Below the pieces are notes generated by a model that saw only the letters and a program-made list of their open reading frames with translations, was not told the DNA's origin and did not search any database. DNA of 64,000 bases from Squalus acanthias (taxonomy: Eukaryota), in the NCBI GenBank assembly GCA_030390025.1, contig CM059432.1:37636001-37700000 (forward strand). The letters run 5' to 3'. Below, in pieces: positions 51,200 to 64,000 of this stretch; position 1 is the first letter of the stretch, and each line of letters opens with the position of its first letter. The position numbers and the translations under genes were made by a program.

Positions 51200-52663
51200 A
51201 CATGACTGATTTTAACTGTTGGATGTTAACAGAGCATTGTTTTGTGATGGAATATGTTTATTATGTCCCGTGGCCGCTTGCCATCTGTCCCTTAATTTCA
51301 TGTTTAAAAATCTTATTATTTTCATCAACAAGAACTTGCAATTATATAGCACATTTAACATAGAAAAAGTCCCAATGCTCCCAAGTGATGAGATACTTCC
51401 AGTGAAATATTTCAGACGTACAAATAGTGTCATATGACTAGAGGCTCATCAGAAATTGCTACTTTTTTAATACAGATATACTGATTGCAGGTTGTTAAAA
51501 GGATTTCCAGAATGAGGAAGCTTAATTCTGGTACAAGGCCTCGTTGATCATTTAAGACTCCTAACTATCCATTCTAGCTAGGCTCCAGTAGGTTTTATTT
51601 GACTGTGTCTCTCATGGGAGCTCCTAAACAGACTTCCAGACCCTACTCTGCCACCAGACATATGTGCATCAAAAAGTAATCCGCCCTGGAGAAGTTACAT
51701 TTTTAATAGCCCTGTATGTTTGATTTTGCATGACTATCTCTCCATTTCTCCACATCCTCAGTCCTTTTGCTCTCTGTTTTGGAGACTCACTGGTATGCTG
51801 TCTGTAGCTCCGAATGCAATGACTGTAATATCGATATTTGCACAGTCTGGGGACTGCCCAATTATCTATCACGACCCTAGTTGTAGTTGATCGGATCAGA
51901 TCTCGGCTTCCCATTTGGGTAATCAAACCATTTCTTTCGTTATATGTTTCTTTTGTTAAAATAATCAAATAGCCAAAAAAAGTGTGATTTAGAAAAATAT
52001 CAATAGTTGCGGAGTGGTGAAATAAGAGCTTATGGGTTTTTTCCACTGTCAAGTTGAATTATTTTACAGTGCCCCACTGCTTCTGTCACCTGTTATATTT
52101 ATAGCAGATGTTAGTTTTCTGATTAAAAACATATAGGTTTTTTTTTTTAAAGGCTGGTTGTGCTTGTGACCCGTAACAACCTGAGGTTATGTGGCACTAT
52201 TTCTCAGTCTGAAATATGTCACTGAATGTATCTCATCAGTTGGGAGCCACACCAATGTATAAACTGCCGATCCTACATTCCGGCCCCGAAAATCCACAGC
52301 CGTTCTGGTGTAAGATGGAATAGCCAGGAACTAATCGAGCACAGAGATGTGCTGGGTCCTGGCCTAGCGCCAGAGTTTTTGGGGTGGCTTGCCGGGGGCA
52401 GAGCCTCTGTCAATTCCCCAAACATGGCCATTGACGTATGGGTGGGCTAGGACCGGAGGTAGGCATTACAAAACATTGGAGCTCCCATACAAAGGGAGCT
52501 GGAGGGGACAACCACCAGTTTCTTCTGGGAAGTGGGGGCGCGGGGAGATCAGGCAACCCTTCTCCAACCCAACATGCCTCTACCGGCCTTTCCAGGGTCT
52601 CAGTCATGGTGGACGCCCTAGATGTGCTGCTAGTAGCATGGGCTCTCGCGATTTGCAGGCAGC

Positions 52664-54000
52664 TTTGAAAAACAGTGACAGGATCGGACAAAGTCAACAT
52701 GGATTTACAAAAGGTAAATCGTGCTTGACTAATCTACTGGAATTTTTTGAGGATGTAACTGGGAAAATAGGTAAGGGAGAACCAGTAGATGTGGTGTATT
52801 TGGACTTTCAAAAGGCTTTCGATAAGGTCCCGCATAAGAGATTAGCGGGTAAAGTTAAGGCACATGGGATTGGGGGCAAGGTATTGACTTGGATAGAGAA
52901 CTGGTTGGCGGACAGAAAGCAGAGAGTAGGAATTAATGGGTCTTTTTCCAAGTGGCAAGCAGTGACTAGTGGGGTACCGCAGGGATCGGTCCTTGGACCC
53001 CAGCTATTCACAATATACATTAATGATCTAGATAAGGGAATTAAATGTAATATCTCCAAGTTTGCAGATGACACAAAGCTGGGTGGGAGTGTGTGCAGCG
53101 AGGAGGATAGCGAGAAACTCCAGGATGATCTGGACAGGTTGGGTGAGTGGGCAGAAGCGTGGCAGATGCAATATAATGTGGATAAATGCGAGGTTATCCA
53201 CTTTGGTGTCAAAAACAGAAAGGCAGACTATTATCTGAATGGCAATAGATTGGGAGAAGGGGAAGTGCAACGAGACCTGGGAGTCCTTGTGCACCAGTCG
53301 CTGAAAGTAAGCATGCAGGTGCAGCAGGCGGTGAAGAAGGCAAATGGTATGTTGGCCTTCATCGCGAAAGGGTTTGAGTATAGGAACAGGGATGTCCTGC
53401 TGCAGTTGTACAGGGCCTTGGTGAGACCACACCTTGAGTACTGTGTGCAGTTTTGGTCGCCTTATCTGAGGAAGGATGTTCTTGCCATGGAAGGAGTTCA
53501 GCGAAGATTCACAAGGCTGATACCTGGGATGGCAGGAATGACATATGAGGAGAGATTGGGTCGATTGGGCTTATACTCACTGGAGTATAGAAGAATGAGA
53601 GGGGATCTCATCAAAACATATAAAATTCTGACAGGTCTGGACAAACTAGATGCAGGAAGAATGTTCCCGATGGTCGGAGAGTCCAGAACCAGGGGTCATA
53701 ATCTACGGATAACGGGTAAACCATTTAGGACAGAAATGAGGAAGAATTTCTTCACCCAGAGAGTGGTGAACCTGTGGAATTCTCTACCACAGAAGGTAGT
53801 TGAGGCGAAGTCATTAAATATATTCAAGGATGAGTTAGATATATTTCTTAAAGCTAAAGGTATCAAGGGATATGGGGAGAAGGCAGGTACAGGGTACTGA
53901 GTTTAGATGATCAGCCATGATCTCATCGAATGGCGGAGCAAGCTCGAGGGGCTGATTGGCCTACTCCTGCTCCTATCTTCTATGTATCTATGTATCTATG
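52664..54000 (+). mobile_element. Young 5'-truncated CR1 (HER1-like) LINE, RT reading frame uninterrupted 52665-53900
   Basis: QHGFTKGKSCLTNL, YLDFQKAFDKVPH, GVPQGSVLGP, FADDTK; (TCTATGTA)n tail; inserted within a GC-rich element. Confidence 0.95.
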
Positions 54001-54564
54001 CTGCCCCGGAGGTTGCAGGCGGGCAGAATCCTAGTGCCAGGATCATTGGCCTGTAGATATTTGGGGCCTCTACCTTTTATTATTCTTATCAGATTAAATG
54101 CCAGAGGATTCTCTGACTGAAAACAGCCCAAGTTACGCATGTACATCCTAGATATGTCTATTAAAATACTTTCCGTAAAGAGGAGACGTTGCGGTGACCT
54201 AATTGAAGTTTTTTTTACGGTTGTGAAGAGAACTGATAACGTTGGTCTAGGCCAGTTGTTCAGTGTGCGACGGTTCATATATCAGGGACATAAGTTACAA
54301 GTTAGCAAGTTCGGAGTAAGAAGGGAAATCAGACAGAACTTTTTTATCCAAAGGCTAAGTTACAAGGAAAGGCCTTTCAAACATTCAGCATAGATAAATT
54401 GGAAAGGGTGCAAAAGCACAATGTATCTCCATCTTGAAGAATGAGGAATAGAAAATTGTCCCAAGCATTTTGCTTTTAGTTCGGGGAACGAGAGAACACC
54501 CTGAAGCACGTCATCTGCAAGAACAAACAAAGAGTAATATTGACGTGGCCCTCAGAGACCAGAG

Positions 54565-55260
54565 ACAACAAGAACAACAATAACTTGTGCATAATTAGCA
54601 CCTTTTATCTTAGTAAAAGTTCTAAGGTCCTTCAAAGAGGTGAAACAGCAAGCAAACAGTAGTAGCTTAAGAACTGCGGGAGATGACGGAAGGCATGGTC
54701 AAACAGATGAAAGGTAGCAATCTGGAGAATTTTAAGGAGTGCAGGGCCCAGATAGCTGAAGGCTCTGCCACTAAATATGGAACTAAGGCAGAGGAGATGC
54801 AAAGGAAGCTAGAGTTGGAAGAGTGCACTGGGATACAGAGCTGGAGAAGCATTCAGAGGTAAGGAGCTATGAAACCATGAAGGAATTTGTAAACAAGAAC
54901 AAGGATTTTAATTCAATGCATTGGGGGACATGGAACCAATATGATCTATGAGGATAGGGGGGTGATGGCAAGCAGGACTTAGCGTGGAATAGGCGGAGTT
55001 TTGGATGACTTGGAGTTTTTATAGGATGGAGGCTGATGAGAATATTTGAGCAGATGAGCCTGGAAGTAATGAAAGTGTGGATGAAGGTTTCAGTGGTGGG
55101 GGAGTGTAAGGTAAATTGGAGGCGAGTGATGTTATAAAAGTGGGAATAGGTTGTCTAAGTAGATAGAATATGGGATTTGATGATCAGGCTACTGGGGAGA
55201 GGATGGAATCAGGAGCTCGGGTGCAGAGTTTTTGACGGGAGTCAAACTGAATTGCTTTGG
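54565..55260 (-). mobile_element. Degenerate L2 LINE 3' portion
   Basis: Colinear with 7026-8035 (aacaacaataacttg tail; atgaaggtttcag). Confidence 0.7.
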
Positions 55261-56024
55261 ATTCTTGGATGAAGAAGATAGCATGACCAAGGATGAGAAA
55301 AACATAAAAACCTTGGACTTATAATCTTGTACTTTGTACACAAATTCTAAAATTTGTCAAATTTGCAGGAAGTTCATATTAAAGAAAGTGATGGTCTGTT
55401 TAGTTGGTGTTGGCATGGAAACCAGACCTGTACTGAAGGTAGTATTCGCTGCCTTGTACTGAATCTTTTCTTAGAAATACAGTGCAATTTATTTTGCACA
55501 GCCCACCACTTTCTGTCACTGTGAGGGAAGATTTCCTCTGTGTACTACATGTAATAAAATCATAAACCCCTTTACAAGGAATGGCTTTACAATTTTGTTA
55601 CTGAGCACACAGAGGAAATATTCCCTTATTTACTTAAACCGGTTCATATTCTCCTTGCATGAATATTTAATTTCCTTTATGATGCATTAAAGTGCTTTGT
55701 GCATAAACAAACATTTGATTCACCCACCATTTTACAGAAAGCTGAATCCCTGCAGAAATGTGGTTTTGAGATGATCACCTGCTGACTAACAATTAGTTGT
55801 AGTTTATTTCAGGATTGATTGTACCTTTTAAAGGTGTCGGTATGCTACAGGTACTGGTTTGAGACCCGCACATGTTGACCGTGACGTGGGGTCGGCTGAC
55901 TGAAGTTATACTGCCAGCTCTACGTCGATTTCTAGCTGGGGAAATGGGAGTTCTGCTAAATAGCGAGCTGACGAGATTGTTGCTCTCCTTGCTAATGTTA
56001 AGTAGATTTAAAAAGTTGACAGCA

Positions 56025-56202
56025 GGGCTGATTTTTAACGTTCGGCGGTGACAGCAGACGGTAGCGGACCAGCCTGGTCACACAGCCCGCCCAATTTCCC
56101 GATGCACCAAAGTCAATGGGGAGGAACATTGGAGCAGATTGTATAATGAGTGGCTGACCCACTACTGTCCGTTTTCCATCACTGCCAAAGTTAAAATCAG
56201 CC
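56025..56202. mobile_element. Short palindromic MITE
   Basis: GGCTGATTTTTAAC / GTTAAAATCAGCC termini. Confidence 0.6.
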
Positions 56203-56885
56203 ATAGGCAGTCCAATCGCTCTTGTCTTGATCTACAGTTAAATTTTGTCCAAAATGTGTTTCGGGTAACTTCACACCCAAATTAAATGACTCTGGTGCTG
56301 CCAAGAAGCTGAAACTGTGTATCAGCGCAAACTGTGCGGTATAACTGACTTGTCATATTCTCCTACAAAGCAAATCCCTCTGTGAATAGGCCACCTCTCG
56401 CTCTCAGCATGGCAGTTGCAGCTTAGAGTTGGCTGTAAAAAAAAAAAAATGTCACTGCTAATCCTTCATAGTTTCCTGCTCAGGATTAATGTGACATCTG
56501 CAAAAATGATTGCCTGCAAAGTCTCAAATGCTAATTATTACACGGCAGATTTAGTCACTGCACAGAACCAAAGGAATTTGTTTTCATTCTGCGTCAGCAG
56601 TAAAGGCAGCATGGGAATTTGATGTTATTTTGGAATTGTAAAAGGGGACCGTAGGCCTCAAAGGTAAAACTGCCTTCATTCCTAAGTGATTAGTTTAATT
56701 TTAATGCACACCACAGTTTATTTAATTAGCTAAAGATCTGCTTGGCAAGGATTCAGTTAACATTAAAACGGATGCTTTAGAGCATTAGTATTGGAAAAAA
56801 AGAGGTTTACACTGGAGCAAATTGGTTCTCTGTAAATGTGCCGATGTTGTGATTTCAAGTTCAATCAGAACCATAAAGTCCTGTT

Positions 56886-57210
56886 CCCTAATGGCTTAGT
56901 CAGTTTATCCAGTGAGTCGATGAATCACACAAATCAGGAAGGTCCGAGGTTCAGATCCCAGTCCGTGCCAGTTCAAGTCTATGGATGTTGGCCTTAACAC
57001 CCTGGGTTAGGGAGGGGAAATTGGCCTCTGTTCTCCCTGATGATTGCTATGATGTGACTGCTGCTGAAAGTGCACATATGTGGAAAGGATCAGGCTCAGC
57101 TGTAATGTCTCCCAGTCTGGAAAGACTGTTGACATTCCCTGTCAAGGCTCACACATGAGTAATGGCCACTTGCATAAGATGCCAGCAGGCAACTGGCATC
57201 TGTGGAGCAA
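56886..57210 (+). mobile_element. tRNA-derived SINE family B
   Basis: Colinear with 13081-13430. Confidence 0.65.
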
Positions 57211-58244
57211 GAAGCTAATGTCTTCAGGACAGGAGAAGGGATGAGGAGAAAACTGGCAGAAAAAGGGATGGATTTTTCTGGGTTTAACATCCAATTAGCA
57301 TCCATTTTTTTGCATGAAATTTAAAGGAAAATTGTGTGGTATCCCATAGCACTCATTTAGCGCCCCAATAGTTCGACCTGTGGTTTTCCTGTTCCTAGCA
57401 GTGTTCCAATTTAAATCTCCTAATGAATTCCAGATGACGTCATAGTGACTTGCGCCCCATTTTTCTGTATTTGCCCTGAGGCAGGTCAGGTGCTGCTTGC
57501 GCCCATATAAACTGAGCATTCGGAGCCAGGTAAGTTACTCTTTTGAACGCTATCAGTAAGGGAAACCATATTAGTTGTGTAACCTTGCTGATTTACATAC
57601 AAAGGTAAAGTGGAGCGGCAATGGGAAGATTTCTGACATGAAATTCCCAGTGCTCTTCCATATTTATATCCAGCCACCATGTGGGACCTAATGGGGTGTG
57701 CCTTTTGGAACCTCCCTTTAACTATGCTTCCTGAAGGGGGAAGGAAGGAGATGAACTGGAAGTGATGTTGGATGCCTCGCTGGAAAACTTCAATCTCCGG
57801 ATGCACTGATCTTCTGACAGGTTCAGAAATGTACATGAGGGCATTTAGATGTGGTAATGGGGAAATGGACAAACATGGCACCTCCTTCTCTGATGTCTAC
57901 ATATAAGTAGTCATGATGTGGATCATATTAATCTCTCCCCTCTGAAGGGAAATAAAGGTTTGAGAGATAACTGCATTTTTTTTTGTTCAATGGAGCAGTC
58001 GTTGACAACCTATCTGGAAAAACTGGCTTCTGTTTGAGAAGATGAACGTAGAAAAACCCAGGGAACTAAAACAGAGAACAAACCAAGTGTGTAAACTGGT
58101 TAGCACTGGAGCACACATACCAGCGAGAAAAGCTTCAAAAGCTGACCAGCAGTTTCAAACAGTGACACAGCCCCAAAATGCTACCAACTCAAAAACAGTC
58201 CTGATTATAGTCCTTATAATCTGGGATGTCAAAGAGCTTGTCAT

Positions 58245-59300
58245 AATTATGCATTGCAGCAACTCACCAAGGTTAATTCGACAGCCGTCCCTCCCCTGCG
58301 AACTCAACCACCCAGAAGGACCAGAGCAGCAACGTCTTGGGAAACCATCACCTCCAAGTTCTCCCCCAAGTCTCACACCATCCCAACTTGGACATACAAC
58401 GGCCCAGAAATTGATCTCGCTCTGTTCCCGCGGGGGTAAGGAGCAGGCGCGATCTCTCACTCCGCGTTGGCTTTTTCAGATCCAGCTCGCATGAACTTGA
58501 TGTTCTAGACATCAGCTGGGCAGTGCTTGCGTATCCCACCGGCGTAGTGAATTTGTGCGAGCTGTGGGATCACGTGACTCAGTTAGAGCCAATGGCAGCA
58601 CACCATCTTCCATTCATAAGTTTCACATACGTGCTGTGAAAGCTATGAATCTTACACCCCCCCAAAATAACAGCTAAACCTCAATTAAATTTTAAAAAAA
58701 CCATCACATTAATAAAATAAGTATAGTTAAATAAATTAACCATTTTAAATAAAAAATTAAATTTTTGAAAAAATTTAAAATCTTTTAAAAAGTTATAAAA
58801 ATAAACTTACCTGTCTTTAAAGTCTCTAAAAAAGATATACCTGTTAAAAAAAAAAATTCAAAATAATACTTAATTCACTACTTGTTAAAAGTGGGTCTTA
58901 CTCCTTTTTTCGTTTCTAAAATCTTCCGTCCTTACCTGCGCGTCCAAAGCACTAAGTGCACAGCGTGCACACAGCCTGTAGCGCGCACGCGGTGCACCGA
59001 GGAACCGCCCCCTTTTCCAAAGACCAAGTGCCGGTTTTCAGCGCATGCGCAGTACATGCAGAAAACCGGCAATTGGAGAGAGAATACACGAGAGTACGCA
59101 GTGCGTACTCTCGCGCAGCGGGATGAATTTTTGGCCCAAGGTCACTGGGTCAACATCGTAGAATTCCCTACCTAACACCATTGTGGGAGACCATCACCAC
59201 AACAATTACATTGTTAAAGGGGAAGGTCCACCACCATCTTCGCAGGGCAACTCGGGATGGGCAATAAATGCGGTCTTGCCAGCATCGCCCACATCCCAAG
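58245..59300 (+). mobile_element. Zenon-like LINE 3' end, split by a TIR element
   Basis: atgcattgcagcaactcaccaagg...PPRRTRAA; resumes 59138 to gggcaataaatgc...cccacatccc. Confidence 0.75.
58401..59137. mobile_element. Inverted second copy of the 39563-40296 TIR element
   Basis: GGCCCAGAAATT / AATTTTTGGCCC; internal sequence is the reverse complement of the 39.6-kb copy. Confidence 0.85.
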
Positions 59301-59551
59301 AACAAATTTAAATAAAAGTTTAAGCTTCAGTTACACTCACCGTTCAATCACAATATAGATTGCAGCAGTGGCAATGTAGAATTTACTGAAGAGAGACGCG
59401 AGTGTTTAAGGCAGAGACATATATTTTTGATGGCTGGTGGTATGATTCTCTCACCGTCCCCCAGAAATATTTTGATTTCTTACACTTTATTTAATGCATT
59501 TTCTGACAATTTGGGGTTAGCTGTAATTCTGCCTTTCGAACCAAAGATAAT

Positions 59552-59714
59552 GGGGTATAAATTGGTTGTGGGCGGTAGCACAAAACGGCGATTGCAAATC
59601 GGCAGCTCATTTCGCATTGTGCTCAATGGAAATGCCAATCAGGCGGGATGTAAGACGGGCTGCCGATCCGCTATCCCCCGTTTTGCAGCACTGCCCAAGG
59701 TGAATTTATACCCC
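59552..59714. mobile_element. Short palindromic MITE
   Basis: GGGGTATAAATT / AATTTATACCCC termini. Confidence 0.65.
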
Positions 59715-61744
59715 AGCTTATCTTGAAAGGGTTACGGATATTTTAAATGTGAAAATAAAAGTAGTGCAAGAACCTCATTCCAACTTTACTGAGTAAAGTG
59801 AAAATAAATAAATTCCCAAACTTCCAATAAAATAGTGAACAGAAGAATGTTAAGAGCCCGATAAGGGTTTATGAGCAAATACCACAAACAGCAACCTCTA
59901 GCTTTTTGAACCTGTCAAATGCTTACCCTGAAAATAAAAAATATTACATACTGCAATCATTAACAAACTGAAGTATAGAAAAATGTGATTTGCAGGAACA
60001 GGCAGAGGGAACTGTGTTCCCTCAGTTGGATCTGACTGAGTGCCCGTAGGCTGGATTGCAATCTATTATATTCTTATATGTCATCTTATTATTAATGTCA
60101 TTGTTCTCATTTCCTTGTTGATGTTGCTTGCTCTAATATGGATTCTGCACAGCAACAAAGGGACCTTTACTACACTGAAAGCAGTTTTCTATGCTGTCGA
60201 ACAAAACCTGGTTCTATAATTCACCCAGAAACAGGCCAAGGCCCTGTATCACAATTGACCGTCCTACACGGTACACTGTCGTAAAATCCTAAGTATGGGA
60301 ATCTGTGTCATTTTAAAATTCAGTAAAACTCATTCGCGTTGAATCCCACTCCCTATTTTATTTCCAAACTTTTGAAATTTCACAAATGCAGTGGCAGGTA
60401 TGCTCAAATAAAACCAGTTAAGCTATTCACATCTGGGAGCATCCTCCTTATCTTAAAAAAAAAAATTGGCTGCAACCTTCACTAAGATAACAGCTGGTCC
60501 TGCCTCAAAGTTCCTTTCAAAAAATGGATAGTTTTTAAAGTTATCTTTCGCGACTTGTTTGCATATAGAACTTATCTGAGGACAAACAATAAATAACCAC
60601 ATGTAATTGCAATTCACAAACCATCAGCTCATCTTAAAACTTCTCTGCCTCAAGCGTGTACACAACCAGGTGTTGGAAAAGTAACGTCTGATTAATTGGG
60701 ACCAGCAGCCTTCATTCCTGCCCTCCAATTGATCTGATTGGTTCATGCTAATAACCTCCAATCCCAGTGAGAAAAGTTGATTTTCTTGTGAAACATTAAC
60801 AAGCTGACACATGGGTTGAATGGATTGCACCATATCTACTTCGAACGTGCACACAGACACAGAAGTTATATCACCCATCAGTGAAGCAAGTGATTTAGTA
60901 CAGTCTGGCTACACATTCCATTAAGTAGGACAATTACTGAGTCTAGCTCCGTTTGCTCCTGAATACCACTTTTGCATAATATTTCCATGGGGCCATGAAA
61001 CTTCTACGGAACAATTTTAACCCACACTGCCCAGTGGGAACGCAGTTAAGATCGTCCCCAGAAACTTATCGCCCTGTTCCTGCTCGATTCTCGCCATTGA
61101 CACCTTAACTGGGTCCTTTTTTCTTAGGCAGCCAAGATTCCCTCCATGATTCAGGCGGGAGCCTCACTAATGCATGTAAACTGGGTCCTATGAAGTCAGT
61201 AGGACCCCGAGGGCTATTTAATAGCCAAATGAGTGGCGCCCGCCATGGCCTCCCAGCTCTAGTGGAACCAGTCTGCAGGATAAAGAGGCCCTGTAAGGTA
61301 AGTGTTAAAATTTCCTTAGTAGGGCCAGGAGAATCAGAAGTGCTCCTCCGAGCCCCACAAGGCAAGTCTGGGCCTCTGCTGCCTCAGGCTCCCCCACTTC
61401 CTACTCACAATACCCTGCTGAACCCCCACCGTGACGTACCTGAATGCAGGCAGGTGGCCTCCGGGCTGCCTGATCTTTGCCTGCAGGCAGTCAGCTAGCT
61501 GTCTCTCCTCATAAGTTTTGGGTGGACAGCATCCAAATGAGGCCCGGGAGTTCAAATAGCCTGGGCTATAGCCTAGCCGGGGGTGGTGGGTGCGGCAGGG
61601 TGAGGGGTGGTTTGACACTTACTCCGCCTGCCCACTCGAAAGCCACTCCCGGTTAAAATGCCGCCCGGCCCACCCACCCCCCCCACCCTAGTTTCTGAGT
61701 AGTGACATAACACTTGATCTAACCATGAGGCTAGTCACAACCCC

Positions 61745-63390
61745 ACCAAAATAACTTTTACATAGAATCTACAGCACAGAAACAGGCCATTTGGCCCAAC
61801 TGGTCTGTGGCACTGTTTATACTCCACACGGGCCTCCTCCCAAACTAATGACCTCTTTCCCACCCTGGCCCGTACCTCTCTTCCCTTCTCCCACATGCAT
61901 GCATCAAGCCTCCCCTTAAATGCTATCTTTTCAACTACTCCATGTGGCAGCGAGTTCCACATTCTCCGCAGTCTCTGAGAAGAAATTCTTCCTGAATTCT
62001 TTATTTGATCTGTTAGTGTCTACCTTATATTTATGCCCCTTTCTTCTGAACTCACCCATAAATGGTAACAGTTTATCCACATCCACCCTAGCGAACCCCA
62101 TCATAATTATAACAACCTCTATCAGGTTGACTCTTGGTCTTGGCTTTTCCAGAGACAAGAGCCCCAACCTGCTCAATCCTTCCTGATTAGTTGCATTGTC
62201 TCAGTTCTGGTAACATCCTTGTAAATCTTTTCTGCACTTTTTCTCCAGTGCTTCAATATCCTTTTTGTAGTATGAAGACCAGACTGCTCACGGTTCTCTG
62301 TATGGTCTAACCAACGTTTTATATAAATTTAACATTACCTCCATGCTTTTGCATTCTGTTGCTCTAGAACTCGAACCCCAGTACTTTATTTGCACTCTTC
62401 ATTGCCTCATCAACTAGTGTTGCTACTTTTAGCGATTTCTGTATCTGTATTCCCAGATATCTTTGCTCCTCTACCCCATTTTGTTTCTTACCTTCCAAGG
62501 AATAAATGGCCTCTTTATTCCTCCTACTAAAATGAACCATCTCACACCTTGCTATTTATCCGCCCACTCTGCACGCCTGTTTATGTCTTCCTGAATTTTG
62601 GTGCAGTCCTCCACATTATTAGCTACACTGCCAAATTTGGCATTATCTGCAAATTTCCACACCATACCTCCAATTTCTGAGTCCGAATCATTTACTTATA
62701 CGGGACACCACTTCCCCCTTTCTGGCAGTCTGAGAAACTTCCTGTAACTCCTACCCTCTGTTTTCTGTTTTGTAGCTCGCTATCAGTCCACTCTGCTATC
62801 TGACCCCTGACTCCATGTGTTCTGACCTTTGTCATGAGTCTCTTATGAAGGCCTTCTGAAAGTCCATGTATACTACATCCACTGCATTGTCCTCCTGCTA
62901 CTCTTTCTCTTAATTCGTCAAAGAATTCAAGAAAGTTGGTTAAACTTTGACGTTCCTTTTCGAAATCAATGCTGACTTTTTTAATTATATTATCCATCTC
63001 TGGATGTTTTGTTATCTGATTTTTAAGCAAGGATTCTAGTACAGTATATTTCCTACCACTAATGTTAAGCTAACTGGTATACAGTTCCCTGGATTAGGTC
63101 TATCTCCCTTTTTGAAGTTAGGAATTACATTTGCTATTTGCCAATCCTCTGACATTCCTTTTTCTATTGAATTTTTATATATGGCCTCTGCTATCTCCTC
63201 CCTAGTTTTTTCGAGCATCTGTGGGTGCAATCCATCTGAACCCTGGGTTTAGTCCTCCTTAAGTTTGGCTAGTTTGTCTAGTACTGTATCTCCTTTCTTT
63301 CTATATTAACTGTTGTAATATTCTGCTCGACTTCTTCAGTTGTTGTCATTTACTCTTTGGTAGCTTTTTCAGTGAGAACTGAGGCAAAGG
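61745..63390 (-). mobile_element. Degenerate CR1 LINE ORF2 and 3' end
   Basis: DWQIANVIPNFKKG, LTNFLEFFDE, MWNSLP relics. Confidence 0.85.
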
Positions 63391-63399
63391 CCCCAATCT

Positions 63400-64000
63400 T
63401 TTCTTTTATTCATTCACGGGATGTGGGCATCGCTGGCAAGGCCAGCATTTATTGCCCATCCCTAATTGCCCTTGAGAAGGTGGTGGTGAGATGCCTTCTT
63501 GAACCGCTGCAGTCCGTGAGGTGAAGGTACTCATACAGTGCTGTTAGGGAGGGGGTTTCAGGATTTTGACCCAGTGACGATGAAGGAGTGGTGATATAGT
63601 TCCAAGACAGGATGGTGTGTGACTTGGAGGGGAACTTGCAGGTGATGGTGTTCCCATGCACTTGCTGCCCTTGTCCTTCTAGGTGGTAGAGGTCGCAGGT
63701 TAGGGAGGTGCTGTCGAAGAAGCCTTGGCAAGTTGCTGCAGTGCATCCTGTAGATGATGCACACTACAGCCACGGTGCACCGGTGGTGGAGGGAGTGAAT
63801 GTTTAAGGTGGTGGATGGGGTGCCAATCAAGCGAGCTGCTTTGTCCTGGATGGTGTTGAGCTTCTCGAGTGTTGTTGAAGCTGCACTCATCCAGGCAAGT
63901 GGAGAGTATTCCATCACACTCCTGACTTGTGCCTTGTAGATGGTGGAAAGGCTTTGGGGAGTCGGGAGGTGAGTCACTCACCACAGAATACCCAGCCTCT
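63400..64000 (-). mobile_element. Zenon-like CR1-group LINE 3' portion, runs off the window
   Basis: IYKAQVRSVMEYSPLAW...IQDKAARLIG...SLHHRC; A-rich 3' end near 63400. Confidence 0.85.

Noticed and set aside
52389..52663. N-terminal 92 aa of the 503-aa ORF as a novel RT fusion
   Set aside because: Chance read-through from flanking repeat DNA with a non-ATG start; CR1 homology starts at about 52665.
50326..64000. Next CABLES1 exon (IVLISGRRSF-like)
   Set aside because: No match found; atagtccttat at about 58207 diverges immediately. The exon probably lies beyond the window.

Overview
This is repeat-rich vertebrate genomic DNA, most likely from a shark, judging by SacSINE1/DeuSINE-type SINEs, HER1-like CR1 LINEs and Penelope elements. 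The only host coding sequence I can support is two small + strand exons of CABLES1, at 49270-49341 and 50233-50325, equivalent to human coding exons 2 and 3. The window is therefore mostly a long upstream intron (>49 kb), an 891-bp intron, and the start of another long intron. The introns hold CR1, L2 and Zenon-like LINE relics, at least three tRNA-derived SINE families, Tigger-like and PIF/Harbinger-like non-autonomous DNA elements, a 1.14-kb solo LTR and five Penelope-like (PLE) insertions. Three things stand out. (1) A young, nearly intact RT+GIY-YIG PLE is nested in the RT of an older relative and has an ORF-derived 47-bp x 8.5 array at its truncation point. (2) All five PLEs share a fold-back/tail architecture with minimal hammerhead ribozyme motifs. 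(3) The two CABLES1 exons are bracketed by inverted repeats and would form a 165-nt stop-free circle if back-spliced. Family names come from recall, not database searches, and boundaries of old repeats are approximate.
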